A DNA stretch of 64,000 nt from Bifidobacterium callimiconis (GTDB lineage: Bacteria; Actinomycetota; Actinomycetes; Actinomycetales; Bifidobacteriaceae). Location: positions 29,841 through 93,840 of the forward strand of contig NZ_QXGJ01000007.1 of NCBI RefSeq assembly GCF_003952005.1, read 5' to 3'. The notes beneath the pieces were generated by a model. That model was given only the letters and a program-made list of their open reading frames with translations, was not told the DNA's origin and did not search any database. Below, piece by piece: positions 36,631 through 46,121 of the stretch. A program made the position numbers and the translations under genes. Position 1 is the first letter of the stretch. Every line of letters starts with the position of its first letter.

Positions 36631-39600
36631 ATGAATGCAACCGAGAACAAGCTCGAACCGGCGGCCGCATTGGAACGCATCCGTTCGTGGTACCGTGAGT
36701 ACCGCAACGAGCACGGACCTTCCCCGGTGGAGGATCTGTCCCAGCTGGAGGCGCGTCTCGATCTGACGCATGCGCATCCGTCGGGTATCGCGCAGCTGTT
36801 CGCCAGCGGCCACGTGCAGCTGAGCAGCCTGTTCCGTGACAGCGGCATGCTGCGCGCCGGTCAGCGTCGTCTGTCGCGCGTGCTGGAGGATCAGATCGCG
36901 GTGGAAAGCGCCAGCGGCAACGCACAGCTGTCCCTTGCCGTGGGCGTGGCCAGCTGGAAGGGCTCGGCCATGCCGCTGCTGCTCTACCCGGTGCAGGTGG
37001 ATCAGGAAGAGGGCGCCGAATCCCTCGCCCACGCGCAGATCCGGTTCACGTCCACCGCCACGCTCAATCCGGCGTTCATCTCCGCCATGCATGATCAGGG
37101 CGTGATGCTCGACGAGGATGCACTGCTTGACTCGTCGCAGTACGCCGACAATTCCCCGGAGACGTCCGCACTGTTCTCCCGCATCACGTCGTTGGTGGGC
37201 GATTCGGTGGATTCGTTCATCGTTGAGCGCGAGATCATCCTCGGTTGCTTCATTCACTCGTCCACATTGTTCATCGAGGAGGCGCAGACGCTGCTGCGTC
37301 GCATGGAGCGTGGTGTGACCGGCAACGATCTGCTCGACACACTCGCCGGCAACGACAAGGCCGCCGCGTTCCTGTCGGAGTATCCGGTCTCCTCGTACAC
37401 ACCGTACGACATCGATCCGCACAACGAACTCGAGATCGGCGACGTCGATAACGTCACGCGCTACGCCGCGCAGATTGTGTCGTCGGGCGCGTCCGCGTTC
37501 GTCGATCTGCCGGGCGGCCGCGATTCCGAATCCATCGCCGCCGGCGTGACTAGTCGTGCCATCATGAACGGCAAGACCGTGCTGTACGTGCCGTGCGTGC
37601 CGAGTCAGAAGCGTCGGTTCGTCAAGCAGGTCAAGCGTTACGACATGTCCGGCATGCTGCTCGACATCAACGACAGTGCGTTCAACAACGCCATCGACCA
37701 TCAGCTCATCGCGGCCGTCGGCTTCCAGCCCGGCACGGCCAGCGCACACTTCGACCAGGTGGCCGACGAGCTCGTGGGCGTGCGTACCCGTTTGGCCCGC
37801 TATCTTGGCGACCTGCACGGCAAGAACAAGGAATGGGGCATCTCCGCGTACGAGACGATCCAGAACCTCGCCCGCATCTCCGCGCTGCCCACGCACCCGG
37901 CCACGCACGTGCGCCTGACCGAAGGCACGGCCCGACAGCTGGGCAATTCCATGGACGCGTGGAGCAAGAAGCTCGTGCGTGCCGGCGAGCTCGGCGAGTT
38001 CGAGATCGGCCCGGAGGACACGTCGTGGTTCAAGGCCGCCGTGTACAGCGAGCAGGAGGCCGTGAACGCCTACCAGCGTGTGGTCCGTCTACTCGAGAAG
38101 CTGCTGCCCGACGTGCGCGAGCAGATCCGCATGGTGGTGGAGACCTGCGGATTCCCGATCCCGAACACCATGCAGGAGTGGAGCCGCCAGGTGGTGGTGC
38201 TCAAGAACCTGCGCCGCGTGCTCGACGTGTTCCAGCCGGCCGTGTTCGAGCGTGACATCCCCGCCATGATCGAGGCGTCCAAGTCCAAGGCCGCCCGCAA
38301 GACCGAGGGCACCACGATGGGCTTCTGGGAGCGTCGCCGCCACGTCAAGGAGGCGAAGAGCCTGCTGCGTGTGGGCGCCCAGGTGGAGGATCTGCACGAG
38401 GCGCTGCTCGTGGTGGCCAAGCAGGCCGAACAGTGGCGCATGTTCGTACCCCACGGCGGATGGCCCGTGCTGCCGCCCAAGCTCGACGACATCATCGACA
38501 CGCAGGACGCGATCCTCTCCGACCTGACCGCGCTGAACAGCGTGCTTGCTACCACGCCCGACGGCGCCGAACTCGAATCCGTGCAGTTCGCTGCGCTTGA
38601 ATCCCGTCTGCAGGCCCTGTTCGACGATCATCGTTCGCTCGACACTCTGCCCGAACGCAGCGCACTCGAGCGCGACTTCGTGGCCAACGGACTCGGCGAT
38701 CTCGTCGACGACCTGCGCAACCGTCGCGTCTCCAAGGACGCCGCCCCCGGCGAACTGCAGCTCGCCTGGTGGACCACCATCTTCGAACTGATCGTGCACT
38801 CCTCGCCGATCATCTCCAATCAGGACGGTTCCGTGCTCTCGTCCGCCTCCGAACGCTTCGCGCAGGTGGACGCCGAACACGTGGCCAGCGTTGGACCGAT
38901 GGTCAACCAGGAGATGACCAAGCGACTGAGCGAACTGCTGTTCTCCCGCTCGCACGAGGCGAACCAGCTGCACACGCTGCTCGCCAACCCGGCCCGTGTG
39001 CCGCTGAGCCGCCTGCGCCGCGACTACCCGAACATTCTCACCGCCACCAAGCCGATCCTCGTGGCGTCGCCCGCCACACTCGTGGCGAACACGTCGCTCG
39101 GCCATCTCGCCGACATCGCCATCATCGACTCCGCGGCCCACATGAACCCGCTGGAACTGCTGTCGATCCTGGCGCGTGTGGATCAGGCGGTCGTCATCGC
39201 CCACCGCGAGACCATCACGTCGCCCGCAGTGGCGGCCCTCGTGCCGTACCTCAAGCAGCTGAAGGTACGGGCGCGCGTCGACCATCGCGACCCGCGCATC
39301 TCCCGCTTCCTTGAAGACAACGGATACGGCAAGGTGCCGCTCATGCTGTCGTCGATGCCGAACCCGCGCGGCGGCGTACGCTACACGCGCGTCGAGGCCA
39401 GCGGCGTGCCGTCGCCCGTCACCGGACTGGTGGAAAGCAGCAAGAGCGAGATCGACAAGGTGATCGAGCTGGTCATCGGCCGCGCCACCGGATTCTCGAT
39501 CGTGCCGGCATCCTACTCGCTGACCATCGTGACCATCTCCCAGGTGCATCGCCAGCGCATCGGCGCCGAACTCAAATCCCGCAGCTCCAAGGATCCGGGA

Positions 39601-40368
39601 CTACGCAAGTTCCTGCGCCACGTGCGCATCGTCAGCCTCAACGAGGTCAGCGGCGTGGAATCCGACGACGTGATCATCACGCTCGGCTTCGCGCGCACCA
39701 CGCACGGCCGTCTCCTCCAGCAGTTCGGCATGCTCGAACTCAACGGCGGTGACGCCATGCTGCTCGACGCGCTCGCGCTCGCCCACGTGCATGTGGATGT
39801 CGTCTCCTCGTTCGGTTCCCAGGATCTTGATGACGAGCGCCTGCGCCAGCCCGGTGCTCAGCTCATGAAGAAGCTGCTCGCCTGGTGCGAGCACCTCGAC
39901 GAGGTGAAGGTGCCCGAGCCGCGCCCGCTGCCCAAGGAGTCGAGCACGCTGCTCATCGATCTGGCCGAACGTATGCGCGCCCGTGGCCTGCACGTGGAGC
40001 TCAACTACGGCTATCCCGACGGCATGAGCATTCCGATGGTCGTCGGCCTGCCCGGCAAGCCGTTCATTCTGGCCATCGAAACCGACGACGCCGGATTCAT
40101 GTCGATCCCGTCCACACGCCAGCGTCACCGCTTCGAGATGGAGGATCTGCAGGCCATGGGCTGGTCGGTCATGGTCGTGTGGAGCGTGGCCGCCTTCGTC
40201 AACCCCGACAAGGAGGTCGACCGCGTGGTGGCCCGCATGGCCGAGCTCGTCGGTGCTACCGGTGCCGCCGGTGCCGGTGCGAAGGGTGCCCAGCCGCGAC
40301 CCGCGTCCGGCGTCCCGGCCGGTCGTGCCGCCGGCGCTGCCAGTGCCGCTGGAACAAGGACCGCGTGA
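36631..40368 (+). CDS. large Upf1-like SF1 helicase homologue (DUF4011-like N-term, AAA_11/AAA_12-like core, C-terminal DUF559/Vsr-type REase-like domain); catalytic motifs apparently degenerate
   Basis: DUF4011-like LSLAVGVASW…LLLYPV; Walker-A position reads DLPGGRDSES (not GPPGTGKS); DExx position reads IIDSAAH; motif VI position reads SGVE; C-terminus …ETDD…GWSVMVVWS… resembles DUF559. Confidence 0.6.
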   Translation: MNATENKLEPAAALERIRSWYREYRNEHGPSPVEDLSQLEARLDLTHAHPSGIAQLFASGHVQLSSLFRDSGMLRAGQRRLSRVLEDQIAVESASGNAQLSLAVGVASWKGSAMPLLLYPVQVDQEEGAESLAHAQIRFTSTATLNPAFISAMHDQGVMLDEDALLDSSQYADNSPETSALFSRITSLVGDSVDSFIVEREIILGCFIHSSTLFIEEAQTLLRRMERGVTGNDLLDTLAGNDKAAAFLSEYPVSSYTPYDIDPHNELEIGDVDNVTRYAAQIVSSGASAFVDLPGGRDSESIAAGVTSRAIMNGKTVLYVPCVPSQKRRFVKQVKRYDMSGMLLDINDSAFNNAIDHQLIAAVGFQPGTASAHFDQVADELVGVRTRLARYLGDLHGKNKEWGISAYETIQNLARISALPTHPATHVRLTEGTARQLGNSMDAWSKKLVRAGELGEFEIGPEDTSWFKAAVYSEQEAVNAYQRVVRLLEKLLPDVREQIRMVVETCGFPIPNTMQEWSRQVVVLKNLRRVLDVFQPAVFERDIPAMIEASKSKAARKTEGTTMGFWERRRHVKEAKSLLRVGAQVEDLHEALLVVAKQAEQWRMFVPHGGWPVLPPKLDDIIDTQDAILSDLTALNSVLATTPDGAELESVQFAALESRLQALFDDHRSLDTLPERSALERDFVANGLGDLVDDLRNRRVSKDAAPGELQLAWWTTIFELIVHSSPIISNQDGSVLSSASERFAQVDAEHVASVGPMVNQEMTKRLSELLFSRSHEANQLHTLLANPARVPLSRLRRDYPNILTATKPILVASPATLVANTSLGHLADIAIIDSAAHMNPLELLSILARVDQAVVIAHRETITSPAVAALVPYLKQLKVRARVDHRDPRISRFLEDNGYGKVPLMLSSMPNPRGGVRYTRVEASGVPSPVTGLVESSKSEIDKVIELVIGRATGFSIVPASYSLTIVTISQVHRQRIGAELKSRSSKDPGLRKFLRHVRIVSLNEVSGVESDDVIITLGFARTTHGRLLQQFGMLELNGGDAMLLDALALAHVHVDVVSSFGSQDLDDERLRQPGAQLMKKLLAWCEHLDEVKVPEPRPLPKESSTLLIDLAERMRARGLHVELNYGYPDGMSIPMVVGLPGKPFILAIETDDAGFMSIPSTRQRHRFEMEDLQAMGWSVMVVWSVAAFVNPDKEVDRVVARMAELVGATGAAGAGAKGAQPRPASGVPAGRAAGAASAAGTRTA

Positions 40369-40619
40369 TGACCGCTGATTCCACTGCCGGCTCCACTGCC
40401 GGCTCCACCCAGTCGGGCGCATCCCGGCGCAAAAAGCATCGTCGCGTGGTGTTCAAGGGAACGGAACGGTTCGACGCCGAAGGATTCTTCGACGCCGAAC
40501 CTTCCAACGACCCCGACGCCCTGCGCGAGCGCGCCAACAAGTCCCGCGACGACGACCAGCGCATCCTGACCGAACTGCCCCCGCACTGGGCCAAGTTCGA
40601 CGCCGAAGGCCGCCGCTGA
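40368..40619 (+). CDS. small hypothetical protein (83 aa), start overlaps upstream stop (ATGA)
   Basis: ORF in frame 39885..40619; ATG 40368 overlaps TGA of the helicase-like gene; basic RRKKHRR stretch; no known motif. Confidence 0.4.
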   Translation: MTADSTAGSTAGSTQSGASRRKKHRRVVFKGTERFDAEGFFDAEPSNDPDALRERANKSRDDDQRILTELPPHWAKFDAEGRR

Positions 40620-40628
40620 AGAGACATA

Positions 40629-40675
40629 TCCTTCCCCTTGAGGGGAAGGTGTCCGCCAACGGCGGACGGATGAGG
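40629..40675. repeat. family-C repeat unit (ccccttgaggggaagg…cggacggatgaggtg)
   Basis: Read directly. Confidence 0.75.
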
Positions 40676-40805
40676 TGCTACCAGTGAACTCTCCATCCGC
40701 GTTTGTCGTCATTCCGGTTAGGATATGTAACCGATTGTCTTTTGACTTTGACGTTCGACTTGACGCTTGATCTGTGAAGTCCTGTGAGTTGTGGAGGAGC
40801 TACTC

Positions 40806-40997
40806 ATGCCTACGTATCATTACCGTTGCAAGAACTGTTCGTACGATTTCACCGAACAGCAGTCGTTCACCGACGACCCGATCACCGTCTGCCCGAAGTG
40901 CGGCGAGGAGCAGGTGCACAAGGTGTACGCCGCCCCGTCCATCGAGTTCAAGGGCCACGGTTTCTACCGCACCGACGGCGCATCCTCCAAGAAGTGA
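40806..40997 (+). CDS. FmdB-family zinc-ribbon protein (putative regulatory protein)
   Basis: MPTYHYRC.NC……CPKCG… two CxxC pairs; RBS ggaggag. Confidence 0.75.
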   Translation: MPTYHYRCKNCSYDFTEQQSFTDDPITVCPKCGEEQVHKVYAAPSIEFKGHGFYRTDGASSKK

Positions 40998-41137
40998 GTC
41001 GCATTCGTCGTAAAAATTTGTAGCGCACCCACATGGTCATGTGCCCACGATCGTTGCAATTGCAACGCTAATGCACATTCGACCACATTGGTCGCCAACA
41101 CTGGCCAAGGCATGTCTTCATCACGCACAGTGGAGAC

Positions 41138-41779
41138 ATGCCTTTTTCATTATTTTCATCATCGTCCCGCCGACGTGACGACACCGTGGCCGCCCGTCGA
41201 CGTCGTGCCCTCGTACGCCGTCTGACCATAGCGGTATGCGCCGGTCTGTCGGTGTGGCTGATTCTGCAGTGTCTGATGTCGTTGGTGGCGCGCGGCCCCG
41301 TGGCGGTGGCGTCCGCATCGATTTCCCGTGGTTCGACGATCACCGCCGCCAGCGTGACCATCGAACAGGTGCCGGTTTCCGCGATCACCGAGTCGGCGTT
41401 TTCGTCGGCGGACGATGTCGACGGACTGATCGCGCAGGTGGATATCGCCAAAGGCGAGCCGATCATGCGGGGAATGGCGACACGTGCGCCGGTGGTGGCC
41501 GCCGACCATACCGCCGTCGAGATCACGGTGTCAAGTTCGACGGATGCGCTGATGCCGGGGCGCGCCGTGCGATTGGTGGCCGCCGACCGTGTGCTCGCCG
41601 AATCCGCCATGGTGGTGAAAGTGCCGGAACGGGGGAGCGACGACTCCAGTGGGATTCTGTCCGGTCGGGGCGGCGATGACGCCACGGTGACGGTCGCGCT
41701 TACCGCCGAGGAGGCCATGGCCGTGCTCGCCGCCCAGGAAGCGGGCCCGATTCTCGCTGTGGCGCTCAGCGACGACTGA
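41138..41779 (+). CDS. SAF-domain (CpaB/RcpC-like) membrane-anchored protein
   Basis: Arg-rich N-terminus plus one TM; then beta-rich domain with SAF-like layout (…VDIAKGEPI…AVRLVAADRVLAESAMVV…). Confidence 0.5.
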   Translation: MPFSLFSSSSRRRDDTVAARRRRALVRRLTIAVCAGLSVWLILQCLMSLVARGPVAVASASISRGSTITAASVTIEQVPVSAITESAFSSADDVDGLIAQVDIAKGEPIMRGMATRAPVVAADHTAVEITVSSSTDALMPGRAVRLVAADRVLAESAMVVKVPERGSDDSSGILSGRGGDDATVTVALTAEEAMAVLAAQEAGPILAVALSDD

Positions 41780-41797
41780 GACGGGCTTCGCGGGTGA

Positions 41798-41917
41798 TCC
41801 CTCCCTCAGTCACGCTGCGCGTGCCAGCTCCCTCCCCAGGAGGGAGCACCAGATACAACCCCTTCGTGCTCCCTCCTGGGGAGGGAGCTGTCGGGCACCG
41901 CCCGACTGAGGGAGGGG
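41798..41917. repeat. family-A long repeat (outer ccctccctcagtc…gactgagggaggg arms)
   Basis: Read directly. Confidence 0.8.
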
Positions 41918-41942
41918 TCCTCTCCGCGCAGACAGCAGTCTT

Positions 41943-42566
41943 CTACCGCACTCGCGCAAACCCCTCCGGCGTCAGCACTCCGTCAACCGGCATGTCATGA
42001 TCCTCGCGCGGCAGCTCCCGGTCCACGAACTCCCACGGCCACACCACGGCGGTCACACTCGTGCCGGGCCGGCGCAACGCGAGCATGCGATCGTACCATC
42101 CGCCGCCGCGGCCCAGCCGCCATCCGTCATGATTCACCAGCACCGCCGCGGTGATCGTCATGTCGGCATCGGCAATGGCCTCCGCGGGCAGCGTCTCGCC
42201 GTCCGGTTCCTGCGGTCGGCGCTCGCCGGCGTCGGCAAGATCGTCCATCCGTTCCAGCACGCCCCAGCCGAGATCACGGCCGGCGCCCAGTCGCGGCACC
42301 AGAACTCGCACATCTCGCGCCAGCAGGTCGCGCAACAACGGCAGCGTGGACACCTCCGTACCCATCGACACGTATGCGGCCACCGTGCGCACGTCGTCGA
42401 ACAGACCGGCTTCCATCGCTGCGTCGGCCAGGCGCTCGCCGGCGGACTCCCGTTCCTCCGGCGTGGTCAGCCGGCGGCGGGCCAAGACCACGTGCCGCAG
42501 CGCGGACTTGTCATGCACGTCGTCGGGGAATGTCAGATCAACGGGCTCATTTGCAACTTCGCTCAT
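41943..42566 (-). CDS. 5-formyltetrahydrofolate cyclo-ligase
   Basis: …AAYVSMGTEVST…VLVP… and GRGGGWYDR motifs. Confidence 0.75.
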   Translation of the reverse strand: MSEVANEPVDLTFPDDVHDKSALRHVVLARRRLTTPEERESAGERLADAAMEAGLFDDVRTVAAYVSMGTEVSTLPLLRDLLARDVRVLVPRLGAGRDLGWGVLERMDDLADAGERRPQEPDGETLPAEAIADADMTITAAVLVNHDGWRLGRGGGWYDRMLALRRPGTSVTAVVWPWEFVDRELPREDHDMPVDGVLTPEGFARVR

Positions 42567-42630
42567 GTCACGGTTCTATCAGTCGCCTTCCACCGTCCAC
42601 GTCCGCTGACCGCATGACGAACATCCCCGT

Positions 42631-43347
42631 GTGAAGTCCGGCCGCTTGTACGTCCCTCGGCGGAACATGGTAGCCATGTTCCGGCTGTTTTCCAGAAATC
42701 AGGTGTCCGAGACGGGTAATGCAGACTTCCGCGTGCCGTCCGTGCTTGAGGCGCCGCAGGGATTCGCGCCGCTGCGACTTCGCCCCATGGTCGGCGCGGA
42801 TTGGGATGAATGGAGCGCCGCCCGCCAGCGTAACGAAGAATGGCTCAGGCCGTGGGATTCCGGCGACCCGCTGCACGGTGCCCCCGTAACGTTCGACGAA
42901 TGGCTCAATCGTCAGCGTGAGGCGGAGCGTTTGGGACGTGGCATCATTCTGCTGATGGAGCTCAATGACTGCATTGTTGGACAGATTTCGCTCGGCGCGG
43001 TCAACTATGGTTCCATGCGTACCGGCACCGTCGGGTATTGGGTCGACGAGGCGCATGCCGGACGGGGGTTGGCGCCGCTCGCTCTGGCCATGATCGGCGA
43101 CTGGGCGCTCACCGATCCGACCGGCCCGCAGCTGCATCGCATGGAGGTGGCGATCCTTCCGGAGAACGAGCGCTCCAAGCATGTTGTGGAGAAAGTGGGG
43201 ATGAATTTCGAGGGGGTACGGCACAGTTATATGTATGTGAACGGCCAGTGGCGCGATCATGAGGTGTATGTTCTGCTTGATTCCGACGTTTCCGGCTCGT
43301 TGACGAGTCGTCTGAAACCGGAATCGGGCCCGACACACCGCCCGTGA
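42631..43347 (+). CDS. GNAT-family N-acetyltransferase (RimJ/RimL-like)
   Basis: …IGQISLGAV…GYWVDEAHAGRGLAPLAL…; exact start uncertain. Confidence 0.7.
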   Translation: MKSGRLYVPRRNMVAMFRLFSRNQVSETGNADFRVPSVLEAPQGFAPLRLRPMVGADWDEWSAARQRNEEWLRPWDSGDPLHGAPVTFDEWLNRQREAERLGRGIILLMELNDCIVGQISLGAVNYGSMRTGTVGYWVDEAHAGRGLAPLALAMIGDWALTDPTGPQLHRMEVAILPENERSKHVVEKVGMNFEGVRHSYMYVNGQWRDHEVYVLLDSDVSGSLTSRLKPESGPTHRP

Positions 43348-45029
43348 GCCTTCGCGTTTTTTCAGGAGGTTACCCTATCGTAGAGTTCATGGATCTGGAT
43401 TCGCTCGCAAGTGTTGTGTTGTGGGCGATAGTATTGATACTTATGTTCGGTCTTCAGCCGTGGAAAACGATGAGCGGCATGAGGAACGCGATGGAGCATC
43501 GTCCAGACCGGTATTCCGCATCATTGCATATCATCGATATGGATGATGGTATGCACTTCGGCGACAGGACACCAACTACCGCCGGGAAAGGGACGGCTAT
43601 GCAGTCTGGGGCACAGGCAACCAAGCTCGATGATAAGCGGATCGAGCATGTGCGCGCGTTGCGTCGTGCCGCCATTCGTCGTCGTCAGATTCTCGTGGGT
43701 TCGCTGCTCGCCGTCGCCATCGTGGTGTTCGTTCTCGCCCTGCTGCTGCATTTCAGTCCGCTGTTCGCGTTGATTCCGGTTGTGCTTGATGTGATCGTGC
43801 TCGCTCTGGGTGTGCGCGCGTCCAAGCAGGCGCGCGAGTGGGAGCATAAGGTGGCCGCGGCCAAGCGTCGTGCCGCCAAGAAGAGCAAGGCGTCCGGCGC
43901 GGCGGCAAAGGGGGCTCGTAACCGTGGCACGGGTGCCGGTGCTGCCGCAGCGTCCGCTGCAGGCGAGCCCGACGCGCAGACCGCCACCGATGCGATGAGT
44001 GCGCAGGATATTCAGGCCGCGCTCGAGCGTGCCAAGGCGGAGAAGATCGCCGCCCTTCGTGCCCGTGAGCTGGAGCGTCGCGCGCGCGAGGCTGCCGCCC
44101 GTGCGCAGGCACAGTCCGTGATGCCGGATGACGATGAAGAAGATGTGGTTGAGGAGACGCCGTCTGCTGGTGTTTCGTCTGCCGGCGTTCCGGCTGCACA
44201 GTCCGCGCAGTCGCCGGCCACGATCGCTCCGCGCAGCCAGCGCCGCCATGAGACCGGCGAAACCCCGAAGGTCGCTCGCCAGCAGGCTGCAGGCGGTATG
44301 CGACCTGCAACGCACAAGCCCGTTTCGGCGCAGTCCCAGACCGCCGCGACCGCTGACGGTGCTGCCAAGCCCGTCGCCGCCAAGCCTGCGATCAAGGAGA
44401 AGCCGGCCGCCGAACCCGAGGACTTCACCAACGAACTCGAGCGGGTATCGCCGTCCCATGCGCTCGACGCATTCGAACTCGCCGCGAATCAGGATCTCAT
44501 CTCCTTCTCGCTGGGTGCCCCGCGCCATGGCAAGCCGGTCAAGGCCGCCGAACCGCAGAGCCTCGAGATCAAGTCCACCAAGCAGGTGGCCCACGCCGAA
44601 CCGGTGAAGGCCGCACCGGCCGCCGACGATAAGGCCAAGACCTCGTCAGATACGAAGCCCGCCGCTGTCGGATCCGATAAGGCTGGAATGACCTCGCGCT
44701 CCGATGCGAAGGCTGCCGCCGAGGAGCAGCGCTCCGGCCGGCCCGTGCAGGGTTCCTCCGCTCGTGCGCAGCGTGCCGCCCGTCCTGCAGCGAACGCCGC
44801 ATCGAAGCAGACCGCCCCGGTCACGCCTTCCAGCATTCGCCCGGCATCCGTTCCCAAGGACGATGCCGTGTCCCGTCTGGTAGGCGACAAGAAGGTCGAG
44901 GAGGCTGCCGCCCGTCGTGCCGAGCGCAAGGCCGCCGTCGCCGCCCACGCTCCGGTCGCAGCCCCCAAGGAGACCGAGGAATCCCTCGGCGTAAACGTGG
45001 ACGCCGTTCTGGCCCGTCGTCGCGGCTGA
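43344..45029 (+). CDS. hypothetical membrane protein with Ala/Lys/Arg/Pro-rich low-complexity C-terminal region
   Basis: 2-3 predicted TM helices near the N-terminus, then long charged/Ala-rich sequence; GTG 43344 overlaps upstream stop; start uncertain (ATG 43389 possible). Confidence 0.4.
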   Translation: MSLRVFSGGYPIVEFMDLDSLASVVLWAIVLILMFGLQPWKTMSGMRNAMEHRPDRYSASLHIIDMDDGMHFGDRTPTTAGKGTAMQSGAQATKLDDKRIEHVRALRRAAIRRRQILVGSLLAVAIVVFVLALLLHFSPLFALIPVVLDVIVLALGVRASKQAREWEHKVAAAKRRAAKKSKASGAAAKGARNRGTGAGAAAASAAGEPDAQTATDAMSAQDIQAALERAKAEKIAALRARELERRAREAAARAQAQSVMPDDDEEDVVEETPSAGVSSAGVPAAQSAQSPATIAPRSQRRHETGETPKVARQQAAGGMRPATHKPVSAQSQTAATADGAAKPVAAKPAIKEKPAAEPEDFTNELERVSPSHALDAFELAANQDLISFSLGAPRHGKPVKAAEPQSLEIKSTKQVAHAEPVKAAPAADDKAKTSSDTKPAAVGSDKAGMTSRSDAKAAAEEQRSGRPVQGSSARAQRAARPAANAASKQTAPVTPSSIRPASVPKDDAVSRLVGDKKVEEAAARRAERKAAVAAHAPVAAPKETEESLGVNVDAVLARRRG

Positions 45030-45039
45030 TTTTCCCCCG

Positions 45040-45360
45040 GCCCCTCCCTGTGGAGGGGCTGAAGGTGCGAGCGGACTGAGGGCGTGTTCTCTTCTTTCTT
45101 ATCTTTTACTCGTTACGCTTGCATCCTTGCTTTCGCCTCTTTGGGATGCTCCCCTCAGTCTGCCTACGGCAGCCAGCTCCCCTCAGCGAGGGGAGCCAAT
45201 GCTGTAATACTTCGGCTCCCCTCGCCGCCGAGGGGAGCTGTCCGCGTAGCGGACTGAGGGGAGCGTTCCACTCCCTCACGCCCCCATCTACGTTCCATCT
45301 TTTCCGGCTCCCCTCGCCGCCGAGGGGAGCTGTCGGCGAAGCCGACTGAGGGGAGTGCTC
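45040..45360. repeat. family-B repeat cluster (≥4 units) upstream of groES
   Basis: ggctcccctcgccgccgaggggagctgtc[cg]gcg[at]agc[cg]gactgaggggag ×2, plus partial units. Confidence 0.8.
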
Positions 45361-45400
45361 CGCTCCTTCCCCGCCCCATCTACGCTTCCGGCAAACTCCT

Positions 45401-45427
45401 TTAGCACTCAAGTTGGCAGAGTGCTAA
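45401..45427 (+). promoter_or_regulatory. CIRCE operator (HrcA binding site) ttagcactc-N9-gagtgctaa
   Basis: Perfect match to the CIRCE consensus TTAGCACTC-N9-GAGTGCTAA, ~115 bp upstream of groES. Confidence 0.9.
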
Positions 45428-45543
45428 TTTCGCGCTACCATAACGAATAGCGCAAAGGGACGTTCACCCGAGTGATCGTCAGCCTCTCGGCGGCGTTCTG
45501 GCGTGGGAATTGTTCGATTGCTCTTTGAAAGAGGAGGCCCACA

Positions 45544-45837
45544 GTGTCGATTGCACTCACACCGTTGGAAGACAAGATTGTCATCAAGCAGGCCGCTGCC
45601 GAAACCCAGACCGCTTCCGGTCTGTTCATTCCGGACAGCTCCAAGGAGAAGCCGCAGCAGGGCGAAGTCCTGGCCGTGGGCCCGGGCCGTCGCGACGACA
45701 AGGGCGAGCGCATCCCCGTCGATGTGAAGGTCGGCGACAAGGTCCTGTACTCCAAGTACGGCGGCACCGAGGTCAACTACGGCGGCGAGGACTACCTGAT
45801 CGTCTCCGCTCGCGACGTGCTGGCCATCCTGAACTGA
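45544..45837 (+). CDS. groES: co-chaperonin GroES
   Basis: [77 protein letters not shown]…; RBS gaggagg; GTG start. Confidence 0.95.
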   Translation: MSIALTPLEDKIVIKQAAAETQTASGLFIPDSSKEKPQQGEVLAVGPGRRDDKGERIPVDVKVGDKVLYSKYGGTEVNYGGEDYLIVSARDVLAILN

Positions 45838-46121
45838 TTTGATTCAGTCCGACGTCGGTCGTCATGACCGCGTCTTGCACACGTCAAGGCTCCCACCGAA
45901 TCTTCGGTCGGGAGCCTTTTGCATATCCGGGCGCAATCCGCACTATCGTGCCGCACTATCGCGTCAAATTTGGGGCGTCAAATACCCGAAATCCGCTCTT
46001 TGGGGCGCCAACAGGACGAAAATCGCCTCATATTCGGGAAGTTGACGCCCCAAAGAGCAAAAACGGGTATTCCGCGTCACGTTATAGTGGGGAATGACAG
46101 ACTTTTCGATGACGGGAGCCG

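Noticed and set aside
43521-44594. 357-aa minus-strand ORF antisense to the Ala/Lys-rich membrane protein gene
   Set aside because: It lies opposite a GC-rich, codon-biased low-complexity region. There is no start context or motif. It is a shadow ORF.
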